A stretch of 62,982 nt of DNA, counting the filler, from Octopus bimaculoides (lineage: Eukaryota), in NCBI RefSeq assembly GCF_001194135.2. It is 9 parts of 8 records of this genome, joined end to end, with 100 filler letters (N's around TTAATTAATTAA, not from the genome) between each part and the next. Parts side by side here need not be neighbours in the genome. Positions count along the whole stretch, not along the records: positions 48,603 to 53,630 come from NC_068981.1; positions 53,731 to 59,068 come from NC_068987.1; positions 59,169 to 62,982 come from NC_068992.1; 6 more parts are not named here. One strand, written 5' to 3'. Both the position numbers and the translations under genes were made by a program. Below are positions 52,041 to 62,982 of this stretch, piece by piece (within the stretch, counting starts at the first letter, position 1; every line of letters starts with the position of its first letter). The notes below the pieces were generated by a model that was given only the letters and a program-made list of their open reading frames with translations, had not been told where the DNA came from and did not search any database.

Positions 52041-52583
52041 AGTTCAATTTCGATTTCAGATTTCAAATTCCAAATTCATATATAATATACAATTGCTTGC
52101 ACAAATATATACATACATAAATATAAATACATACCTACTTAGACCTTCATATATGTGCATGCATATATAAATACATACATATACATTCACATACATACAA
52201 GTGTTTGCTGAAATATACAAATATACACACACCTCCACACACATATAAATACAGAAGTAGTATCTATAGTAATAAATACTCACATATATAATTATATGTA
52301 AATTAATATATACCCTTCTTTATATATATATACCTGCATAATTATCACATATTACCTAATACAATATAATATAGTAAGAATGGTTAACTCTAAATAATTA
52401 CTATTATGTCAGTAGGAGCATTTTAATACAAGGTTCTAGTTATATTTGGAAAAGGTATACCCAATTTTATGAAGACAGGAAACGTTATGTTCCTTAAAAT
52501 TGTCAATATGCAGAATTTTACCCCCAATTGAAAAAAAAATTTCGTTAATACATAATCAACATTTTCTATTTTTATTATTGTAC

Positions 52584-52965
52584 ACAGGCACAGGAGTAGC
52601 TGTGTGGTAAGTAGCTTGCTTACCAACCACATGGTTCCGGGTTCAGTCCCACTGTGTGGTACCTTGGGCAAGTGTCTACTACTATAGCCTCGGGCCGACC
52701 AAAGCCTTGTGAGTGGATTTGGTAGAAAGAAGCCCGTCATATATATGTATATATATATATGTGTGTGTGTGTCTGTGTCTGTCCCCCCACTAACGCTTGA
52801 CAACCGATTGTGGTGTGTTTACGTACTCCGTAACTTAGCGGTTCGGCAAAAGAGACCAACAGAATAAGTACTAGGCTTCCAAAGAATAAGTCCTGGGGTC
52901 GATTTGCTCGACTGAAGGCGGTGCTCCAGCATGGCCGCAGACAAATGACTGAAACAAGTAAAAGA
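52584..52965 (+). mobile_element. SINE family A copy
   Basis: Full head-to-tail match to 43685-44080. Confidence 0.9.
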
Positions 52966-53851
52966 GTATATAACTTTTTAAAGGAGTTTCTACCTCATAA
53001 ACAGGAGTTACACCACAGTCATTTTGTGATCTTTGCTACCCTGGTATCTATTAACCAATATATTTTGTCGGAGTTAATTATCAACTTAGAGAAAATAAAT
53101 ACACATAATAATTGGAGTGACATGCGTGCTAATTTGTGGACGTGCATAAATTATATTCCCATACACTTACACTAACAAAAGAACTAAACATACACACCAC
53201 ACTTTCTGTCTAGCATACTCACTATAAAAAGATAGTGTCTATTTCTTTTTGGCAATATGTGTTTTGTGTGTAATGTTGTTGTTGCTGTTTGTGTGAGAGG
53301 GAGAGAAAGAAAGAAAGAGAGATAACTGGCATGTGTGTGTAAGGGAGAGAGAGAGAAGGTATTTTTTCTTTTTGCTTGTTGTTTGTTGTTTACCACAACT
53401 GTTAAGAAATCGCGCCCTCTCCCACTTTTTCTTTACTTTTTAGTTAGACGCTGGCAAACAAAATGTATCTTTCCCTCACCCTCCCTCTCACAAACATACA
53501 ATTTCTCTCTCTCTCCTTCAGGTGCAAACTTCAAAATTGGTAAAGGTTATGGTTGAAAATCGATTTTTACAGCTATACGCGGGTGCCTCTGAGAGAAAAA
53601 GTTGACAAAAATGCAAATAGGGTCATGACGNNNNNNNNNNNNNNNNNNNNNNNNNNNNNNNNNNNNNNNNNNNNTTAATTAATTAANNNNNNNNNNNNNN
53701 NNNNNNNNNNNNNNNNNNNNNNNNNNNNNNTCTTGGCAGATAAAGACGTTCTATATCTACCTTAGGGTGGTGCATTCTATGCATTGTCAACAGTTTTCGT
53801 ATTTTTCTCTCAACATTACATATTTCAGTAATTGACCAGTTAACGATGTTG

Positions 53852-53906
<55 letters not shown>

Positions 53907-53975
53907 TAATATTATTATTATTCAGGTCACTGCCTGGAATCGAACTCGCTCGGAATCTTAACCACTATTATAATA

Positions 53976-54039
<64 letters not shown>

Positions 54040-54215
54040 TCGAAAAATGCCTTAGGAATGAGAACCCAGGTTAAAAATTTTCCCAAGACATGATGAAGGC
54101 TGGAGGGTATATTAGCCGAAACGTGTTAACAACAATCAAGATGAGGACAAACATTCGTCAATTGTAAATAATGTAAATAATGTACATAATTCCTCATCTC
54201 TTAAATATAGAACTG
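54040..54215 (+). mobile_element. Penelope-like terminal repeat with degenerate hammerhead motif
   Basis: aTGATGA-A-GGCTG-gagggtatat-TAGCC-GAAACG at about 54090-54123, next to TAA/CAA microsatellites. Confidence 0.5.
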
Positions 54216-56106
54216 AAAAAAAATTATGTTAATTGAAGATGAATAGGTGCCTTACTGACCCCGCTGGTATTTTGATGTAACTTTTTTTCTGCCGAACCAA
54301 ATCTCAAACTATTTATGCTAATGTGTAGCTGAGGAGTTGTCCTCTTTAAAGCTGTCAACAGTTTGCAAGTTAGTTGAGAACTGATTTGGTGGTGAAGCTT
54401 GGAAGATGCTCCGATTGACGAAATGGTGGACTTAAGAATATATTCAACCACTACCGTGGTTGAATGATACATAGGAAGGTATATGCTTTCACTCCTTATA
54501 ATCAGCAAGGGAAGTGCTCGATTCAACGGATAGAGGATAGTTATCTTCATTTGGTTGTTGTTATTTTACAGTCAACAGTAGCAACCATATACCTAAACTA
54601 TTGAGGAATAGTTTAGGTATATAATACATAATACAAGCATTCCACACTGCGGCAGAGCTAAACCAAGATGTCACCTAGCACCAAGATGAATTACAAGTAA
54701 ATTTCCACTGTTACATAGAACAACTCTCAACAGTTGTTTTGTTTATTCATCTTCAACTTATAATGTATCCACAAAAATCAGTAGAACCCTCCCTTTAATA
54801 ATTAACACGTATTATCCTACTTCCAACATATATTTCAAGATGTCCAACAAAAGCTTTGAAATCCTGTAGAATCACAATTCTCGAAATCATACAAGAAGTT
54901 TACTAATTTCAGCTGGTTGCATTTTGAATAGCAAATAGTTGTCGATATACGTGTAGTAGTTAAACGTCAGCTTATCCTAGAGTAGAAACCTGTAGCAATC
55001 TGCTGGAAGGCATCTTTAAGATGAGATTCATACATACCACTATTTCATTTAGATCCCGAATCAAGTACAGTATAAAATTTCGTTTGAACTGTATATAGAT
55101 TTTGAAAGGTATAGGAAGAAGCAACGTCTGTACGAAATGGAACTATGTCACAAGTATAAAGGAATATAGTAGTATATATGTGTTCGACTGGAAACATAAA
55201 TCCTCAAACTTTCTGGTGTTGGCATAAGTTGTAGGAACGATAATTATTCGTTACACTTTACATGCTAAAAGACATGCATTTCAAGCATACAAGTATTTCT
55301 TTTTGTTCGTGGAATTCGAATACCAAACCAACTATAATCTACAATCTATAACCAGGCATGGACTTCACGATATTCGACATTTTTAATCAAATTGAAACTA
55401 CCTCGCAAAATTAAGTACAGTCGCCCATATCCCTCAAGAGCAACTTGTTCATATACCGTCGTGGTGATATGAGGGCATACTTTTCTGTAGATAAAAATCT
55501 ACAGTGACATTAGCTTTCATACGAGAACTCATCCAGGTGGAAAATGTTATTATCAAATTATGCCAGCAAGTCTGGCTAATATTTGTTTTGTTTTCAAATC
55601 AACCAGAATTTTTTTTTTCCTCCTCTAAGGAGTACTTCCATTATAAAGAAAATTTTTCCTTTTAACAGTTTAATTGATTACTGCAAAAACTAATGTAACG
55701 CCAAACGACATGAGACAAACATGTGCTTATTAACGTATGTATCCATACACACATTCAAACATCTGTATATATTTATTTATCTGTTTATAGTTATCTGTTC
55801 ATATATATGTGTGTGCGTGCGTGTGTGTATACAAGACAAAGCGTTTATCAGAATTGAAATATATTTTGTACAATAGAAAGCCTCCATGTGTGTGTATTGA
55901 GAATGCAAGCACGTTTCTTCCGAGCTAACTGAAGAGGGGAACAAACAAAATTATTATGGAGATGAAAAAAGGTCCTATGTGATATTTTTCAAACTCATTA
56001 TGTTCTGAGATTTTTAGGTTCATAAAATAAGTAACAACCAAGTACTGGTATCGATGTAATTGACTTACACACCACCCACCTCAAAATTACGAGCTTTTGT
56101 CAAAAT

Positions 56107-56295
56107 GGGCAGAATCGTTAGCTCGCCGGACAAAATACTTAGCAGCGTTTCGTCCGTCTTTACCTTCTGAATTCAATTTCCACCGAGGCTGACTTTTACT
56201 TTCTTCCTTTCTGGGTCGATAAGATAAGCACTGGGGGACAATGTAGTCGAATTAACCCTAAATCCCTAAACTGCATGCCTTATAGCAAAATTTGA
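56107..56295 (+). mobile_element. SINE family B copy (diverged)
   Basis: ggcagaatcgttagctcgccggacaaaatacttagc...ccaccgaggctgactttt...gggtcgataagataagcac. Confidence 0.75.
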
Positions 56296-56314
56296 AACTT
56301 TTATTTTTATTATT

Positions 56315-56674
56315 CTTAGCTCCGCCTTAGCGAAGGTGGAGGTATTTTTTCAGTCGTATTTGTTTGTCCGTGGACAAGATACCTCAAAAACTGCTGGATG
56401 GATTCGGATGAAACTTTCAGGGATGTTTGGCCTCATAACTGGCCCGAAGTGATTAGATTTGGGGATCGATCCAGTAGCAGACAAGGATTCTGGATTATTT
56501 TTCCTGTTTATTTTTTACTTAATTTTTGACAACGGTGGAGTTCATTTTTAGTATTCTCCTTTGTAACAGAAGTCGAGTTTATTTCAGATATTCTCATTTT
56601 TAAAATCATCTCTGAATAATCGTTGAGAGGACGTTGGTGTTGCTTTGGTAGAGCGTTCCGCTCTCTGGGTGATC

Positions 56675-56675
<1 letters not shown>
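56315..56675 (+). mobile_element. Helentron/HINE-like non-autonomous element
   Basis: 5' palindrome ctccgccttagcgaaggtggagg and 3' end ggtagagcgttccgctctctgggtgatctt, inserted next to a TTA tract. Architecture recognised from DINE/HINE-type elements. Confidence 0.5.
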
Positions 56676-56745
<70 letters not shown>

Positions 56746-56762
56746 TGTTATTGTTGTTGTTG

Positions 56763-56803
<41 letters not shown>

Positions 56804-56804
56804 T

Positions 56805-57500
56805 TCTAACGCTGGAGATATACTACGGCGTCTGCTGTTCACTACCAGAGAACTAAAGTAACACCTCTTATTTTTCGAGCACCTTCCGGAGTATTCGAAC
56901 GGTTCTAAGCAGTGTTGTTTTCTGCAAGTGCTCCACCCTTATTGCAGCCCCCATTTGTTCCATGTACTTCTCAAGATCTTTCTTCACTGTTCCCAGGGCT
57001 CCGACGATTATTAGTACTACTATCACCTTTTTCATCTACAAAACAGCTTAACCTCCCAAGCTAACATGTTATAGCTATCGACTTTTCTTTCTCCCTTATC
57101 GCATACTTTGTTGTCAACTGGGCATGCTATACCTATGTTCCAGCATAGTTTGGCTTCCTATTGTCTATCTCATGGTCGCACTGATTTATAAAATCCCACA
57201 GAATCTTTGCATTATCATTTTCGATTATGCCTTCGGGTTTGTGGTCGTGCCAATCTTTTGCTCTGTCAAGTCCATACTTGTAGCAAAGTGTCCAATGGAC
57301 AAGCCTGGCTATATTGTTCTGGGCTAGTAGCGTACATTGGCTGGTAATATGCCATTCGGTTTCACTATTTTGTCTACAGATTCTACACTTATAACTTTCA
57401 GATGTATTATCTATTCTGTATTTTATGTAGTTTGCTCTTAGTGATTGCTCTAGAGCAGCACAGATTATAGCCTCCGTGTCCGGTTTTAAATCACTTTTGG
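56805..57500 (-). mobile_element. R4/Dong-like non-LTR retrotransposon 3' part (CCHC knuckle plus RLE nuclease)
   Basis: KPDTEAIICAA...CRICRQNSETEWHITSQC...WDFINQCDHEIDNRKP, then IIVGALGTVKKDLEKYMEQMGAAIRVEHLQKTTLLRTVRILRKVLEK* (stop 56868-70), followed by a (TAA)n tail. Confidence 0.9.
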
Positions 57501-57521
57501 TCATCCACAGTCATCTTTTTT

Positions 57522-57700
57522 CCCTGCTTAACCGTATTTCGTCTGTTGCTATGTTCTGAGTTCAAAATTCCGCCGAGGTCGATTTTGCTTTTCATCCTTT
57601 CGGGGTCGATAAAATAAGCACCAGTTGAGTACTGGGGTCGATGTAATAGATACCTCTCCCCCAAATTGCAGGCCTTGTGTCTATAGTAGAAAGGATTATT
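57522..57700 (+). mobile_element. SINE family B copy, 5'-truncated
   Basis: gtatttcgtctg...gagttcaaaattccgccgaggtcg...catcctttcggggtcgataaaataagcacc. Confidence 0.82.
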
Positions 57701-57705
57701 ATTAC

Positions 57706-58087
57706 TCTCTTTACTTGCTTCAGTCATTTGACTGCGGCCATGCTGGAGCACTGCCTTTAGTCGAGCAAATCGACCCCAGGACTTATTCTTTGTAAGCCTA
57801 GTCCTTATTCTATCGGTCCCTTTTGCCGAACCGCTAAGTTACGGGGACGTAAACACACCAGCATCGGTTGTCAAGCGATGCTGGGGGGACAAACACGCAC
57901 ACATATACATACATATATATACGACTGGCGTCTTTCAGTTTCCTTCTACCAAATCCACTCACAAGGCTTTGGTCGGCCCGAGGCTATAGTAGGAGACACT
58001 TGCCCAAGGTGCCATGCAGTGGGAGTGAACCCAGAACAATGTGGTTGGTGAGCAAGCTACTTACCACACAGCCACTCCTGTGCCTAT
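57706..58087 (-). mobile_element. SINE family A copy
   Basis: Reverse complement of the full family A element. Confidence 0.9.
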
Positions 58088-59168
58088 ATTATTATTATTA
58101 TTATTATCTAGCAGATGATGAGCTGGTTGTAGCGTTAGAAATCAAAGTAGATGCTTAACAGCATTTTGTCTATCTTTTTTAGGTTCTGGGTACAAATTCT
58201 GCAGAAATCGACTTTCCCTGTCAACATTTCGGTGTCAATAAAGTAAGTACCAGTTGTGCGTTAGGGTCAATATAATTAACTAGCCCCTACTCCAAATCTT
58301 CAGGTCTTACGTTTATATTAAAAAGGGTTATGTGCAGTTAAAAAATGGAAAAAGTTTCCAGCAGACCATTTCACGTTTTTTGACTGCTTTCCGGTAGCCG
58401 TACGAGGTTTTATTTCCCGATCGATGGCATAGGACATCTACTATATATTGCAGTCTGAATTAGTACATTAGAAGAGCCTAATTTCCATATTTGTATTTTT
58501 AATAACCCGTAATTTATTAAATATGATCTATTTTAGGCACATGACCCATCAAAAGCACAAATAAACAAGAGTTAGCCTATGTTATGACCGCTTTACTAAG
58601 CAAATGACATGTTATTGACGCTGAAAGAAGCCGAAAATGTTTTCTCTGGTCAGCGGTTAGTAAAACCTGAATCAGTCTGTCTGGAGACTCACTGCTATTT
58701 CTTTCCATGCGATTGTAGCGTAGAAGGAATGTATTTATATTCTTTTTGTAAACAGTATCAGGCTTTCTCATACATACATACATATATACATACATACATA
58801 CATATATGTGTATGTGTGTGTACACATGCAAACCTATGCAAATATACACACGCATATATCTAACTTATATACTCTGTGTGCAAGGGGTGTATTTGCGCAG
58901 ATAGATAGTTGGATGGATGGATAGATGGAAAGATAGATTGATAACAGATAGATAGATATCTTTTTATTATAGCCACACAGGGCTAAATACAGAAAATGGA
59001 CAAATTACAAAGTAGAGCTTTTTTTGTGGGGGGGGGGATAATTTGGATCAAAAGGGATCGCGGGAAGANNNNNNNNNNNNNNNNNNNNNNNNNNNNNNNN
59101 NNNNNNNNNNNNTTAATTAATTAANNNNNNNNNNNNNNNNNNNNNNNNNNNNNNNNNNNNNNNNNNNN

Positions 59169-59212
<44 letters not shown>

Positions 59213-59589
59213 AATGGCGGTGGGAAAGTGAACATTCAAAGCTGAAAAGAAAAATCAAACAGCGTTTCAACTCTGTGTGTTTATATGTGTGTATGTGAGT
59301 GTGTGTGTACAAGGGAAGTATGTAAATGTTTATATGTGTGAACCAGCGTTCTTTCAGTAACAAATGACGATTGATGTTACACCTCAAATTACAACCACTA
59401 GATAACATTGACAGGTGTATTAATTTGAATTACCATCCATATTCTATCTTTTGTCCTTATTTATATATAAAATACTACAATTAGCCCTCATTTTTGACGG
59501 CACAGGATCAGCTAGCATACAATACTAGTCGAAAACTGAGGTCTGTATAAACGTGTAGATTGGCATAATCGCTATAAAGCTGGACTAGG

Positions 59590-60150
59590 CAGGATGGTCA
59601 CAGTTGGAATAAATTTGATCATTGGTCTGTTTGGTAAGAGTTGACCGGCAGATAAACAACAACGGCAACAGATTAAGCTTTTCTGTTGCGGTTGGACATG
59701 CTGGAAATGACAGTCAAATCTTCCTCAAATTACATCCTATCACCTTAAGAAAATGATACAGTGGTTAACTAATCCAACAGATATCCTCGAAATTCTGGGT
59801 CGTCACGGTCGGAACACCTTTATTCATAAGTGTTCACGATCAGAAACATCTTGGAGTTAAACAACAAGAGAAACCTCAATGTTGTTGATTTATCAGCTGG
59901 AAATAATGGCCAAAATCCCCTGAAGTCTTAAGTAAGTGAAGGGCACTTTGGAAACGGTAGTAACAGAAATTTTACTGAAAAGGTGAGGTGGTCACGACTG
60001 GAATCACTTTGTTCATAAGTTTGTTGGATCAGGATCGACCTTGATCAAAACAAAAGCAAGGTAGGAGTCTACGTTGAATGATCTACGCCAAAAGATGGTA
60101 GCCTGATTTCCCTCAAATCGTATCCTAAAGCCCTAAATCAAAAAAGAAAA
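59590..60150. repeat. Diverged ~190-205-bp tandem units (three copies); solo copy at about 23580-23735
   Basis: (g/c)gtcac..(c)tggaa motif at 59596, 59801 and 59990; gctggaaat at 59700 and 59896; the same motif order at 23580/23688. Confidence 0.55.
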
Positions 60151-60313
60151 GGTTTATAAATGTCAGACAGACATGAGGAGGATTTAGTGTTGAGAGTATG
60201 TCATTGATAAGGTCGCCAAAAACGACGGAATGACAAACGTGGCTGATTGACTGAGTGAATGATTAACCAGCAATCGATTACGTAATTGGTTAAATAGTTT
60301 ATTGACTGATGAC

Positions 60314-60373
<60 letters not shown>

Positions 60374-61840
60374 GAAGTGAAATTGAATCAATGTGTGTGT
60401 TTATCGTTGACATAATGACCCTCCCAAAATACAACAAAATATGTTTTAGCACACGAGTTCAGCAAACCAAATACAAAAACGAGATAAATTTCAAAATGTA
60501 GTTTTATACATACGTTCTGAAAACGCTGGATAGTCACGGGTGGATTAACTTTGATTATGGACGCTCTCGATTGGAACCGACCAGGGGTTAAACAGCAACA
60601 ATCGACGATAAACCACAACACATTCATACACAGATAATATGATACACACGCGGACACTCATTGGGAAACAAAACCCAATGATCTTCAGTAGTTCTTGTAG
60701 AAACGTTAGCGATGCCAGCAGCAACAGCAATAGCAGCAGCAGCGCGGCCGATCCAAGTGGAGCATTGTCATTTTAACCCAGCGAGCAACCATTTCCGCTA
60801 ACTGACCAGAATGAACAAACGGTTCAACTGATTGCTGAATGCTTGGATAAATATTCTTCCTTAAAGAGCGTCGAAAGATCAAAGGATCAAAGAGTCGAGT
60901 AAATTTACTCAAAGTAGAAGAATTAATAAATCCACGCATTGTCTTGACAAGAAGACCTGCTTTTCATTGTCTTGCAGGAGTTCTCCCGTAAAAACGAATT
61001 CACTAGGGGTCAGAGCTCTCAATGAAGAAATGGGGAAGTATTAATATTTATAACCATGATATAACNNNNNNNNNNNNNNNNNNNNNNNNNNNNNNNNNNN
61101 NNNNNNNNNNNNNNNNNNNNNNNNNNNNNNNNNNNNNNNNNNNNNNNNNNNNNNNNNNNNNNNNNNNNNNNNNNNNNNNNNNNNNNNNNNNNNNNNNNNN
61201 NNNNNNNNNNNNNNNNNNNNNNNNNNNNNNNNNNNNNNNNNNNNNNNNNNNNNNNNNNNNNNNNNNNNNNNNNNNNNNNNNNNNNNNNNNNNNNNNNNNN
61301 NNNNNNNNNNNNNNNNNNNNNNNNNNNNNNNNNNNNNNNNNNNNNNNNNNNNNNNNNNNNNNNNNNNNNNNNNNNNNNNNNNNNNNNNNNNNNNNNNNNN
61401 NNNNNNNNNNNNNNNNNNNNNNNNNNNNNNNNNNNNNNNNNNNNNNNNNNNNNNNNNNNNNNNNNNNNNNNNNNNNNNNNNNNNNNNNNNNNNNNNNNNN
61501 NNNNNNNNNNNNNNNNNNNNNNNNNNNNNNNNNNNNNNNNNNNNNNNNNNNNNNNNNNNNNNNNNNNNNNNNNNNNNNNNNNNNNNNNNNNNNNNNNNNN
61601 NNNNNNNNNNNNNNNNNNNNNNNNNNNNNNNNNNNNNNNNNNNNNNNNNNNNNNNNNNNNNNNNNNNNNNNNNNNNNNNNNNNNNNNNNNNNNNNNNNNN
61701 NNNNNNNNNNNNNNNNNNNNNNNNNNNNNNNNNNNNNNNNNNNNNNNNNNNNNNNNNNNNNNNNNNNNNNNNNNNNNGTGTGTATGTATGTATATTTATA
61801 TATATATATATACATACATACAGATATATATATACATACA

Positions 61841-61873
<33 letters not shown>

Positions 61874-62503
61874 GTATATATATATATATGTATGTATATA
61901 TATTTATATATACATATATACATATATGTATATACACATATATATATACATACATACACACACATATATATGTATATATATATTTATATACACATATACA
62001 TATGTATGTATGTATATATGTATATATATATATACATACACACACCCGTACATATACATAAGTATGTATATTGCGTAAGTGTGTGTGAGTGTGTTCCTGT
62101 GTGTATGTGTGGGTTCCAATGTATAAAAAGAGAAAGGAAAATGCTGAAATTGGACAATAAATTCTATTTATATATTTCAATTTGAGGATTCATACGTCAG
62201 TATTCATCGTATGAAACTTTTGAGTTGTGAAAGAATGAAAATTTGAATAAAGGCTAACGTGTGTAAACTCAGAGATACACAAAGGAACAAAAATTCCCTA
62301 GCGGGTGAATGTCAAACGCATCTGAGCTCCAGTTTTAAACTGCTGAAATCGTAAGTGTAATTCTTCATGGGCGAGATCCATGGAACTAATTGTTGCTCCC
62401 CAGATGACCCTATCAGCTGAACCGTCTCAACGTTGGGTCTCAAACTAGGGATTAGATTTATACGATACACGCGCGCACGTGCACCCATACACACACACGC
62501 ACA

Positions 62504-62545
<42 letters not shown>

Positions 62546-62903
62546 AACAAACACTCTCTCACATACACACTGACACACATACACATATATGTATAGAGAG
62601 AGTGAGGGAGAAAGAGAGAATATGTGTGCGTAAATTTCTGTGTATATGTATGAATATATGTGTTTGTGTGTGTGTGTCTGTCTGTATGTGTATATGTGTG
62701 TGTTTGATCCCAAAGTCTCGCAGCAAAACATTTTATATTATATTTTCTGTTAGGTTTCCATTGTTCTCATTCGTTTTGTTCATCGCATCCAACTACGCGT
62801 GCATTCGAAATTTTATATTATTTAGTTTTAGAAAAATCGAATGAAATGTGCAACATGTATCAAATAACGTTTATTCTTGGTGCATGACTTTTGGCCCTAC
62901 ATA

Positions 62904-62941
<38 letters not shown>

Positions 62942-62982
62942 CCTACTTGGAAAAGGATGCGTGACGTTCAATCATACAATAA

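Noticed and set aside
54224-55200. Possible Penelope RT or GIY-YIG remnants
   Set aside because: Only faint, inconsistent peptide resemblance on opposite strands. Needs an HMM search before it can be called.
62302-62350. Possible 49-nt exon (ccctag ... ATC|gtaagt, open frame GECQTHLSSSFKLLKS)
   Set aside because: Acceptor lacks a pyrimidine tract, the peptide is unrecognised and there are no partner exons in view.
1-62982. CRISPR arrays, rRNA genes and prokaryotic operons
   Set aside because: None seen. The sequence is intron-containing eukaryotic DNA, and its tandem repeats have no unique spacers.

Overview
AT-rich, microsatellite-dense, heavily gapped eukaryotic window. The repeat families point to a coleoid cephalopod, most likely Octopus (inference). 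One host gene is supported: the 3' coding end of a carbonic anhydrase-related protein (CA10/CARP-B type) on the + strand, as four exons (5064-5218, 6434-6562, 7915-7954, 13006-13069) that splice in frame to ...YEGSLTHPGC...NWRP...RTNINPVKE-EEECSTKAELFYQ-INDRFRGYWVHDTFH*. The rest is intronic or intergenic and filled with mobile DNA: at least four tRNA-derived SINE families, RTE and R4/Dong-type LINE fragments, Penelope-like ends with hammerhead-like motifs, a decayed hAT transposase, a near-full-length Tigger/pogo, mariner and hAT MITEs, Helitron/Helentron-like pieces and a 16-bp minisatellite. Best leads: (1) a 40-nt CA10 micro-exon carrying the conserved C-terminal Cys, flanked by inverted SINEs, whose skipping would shift the last coding exon into a second fully open frame; (2) a ~40-bp inverted repeat enclosing a hammerhead-like core at 29.9-30.05 kb; (3) an antisense promoter-like island at 14.2-14.7 kb. 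All three are hypotheses read from sequence alone. Family names come from recognition, not from database searches. Most ORF-track entries are microsatellite or N-gap artefacts.
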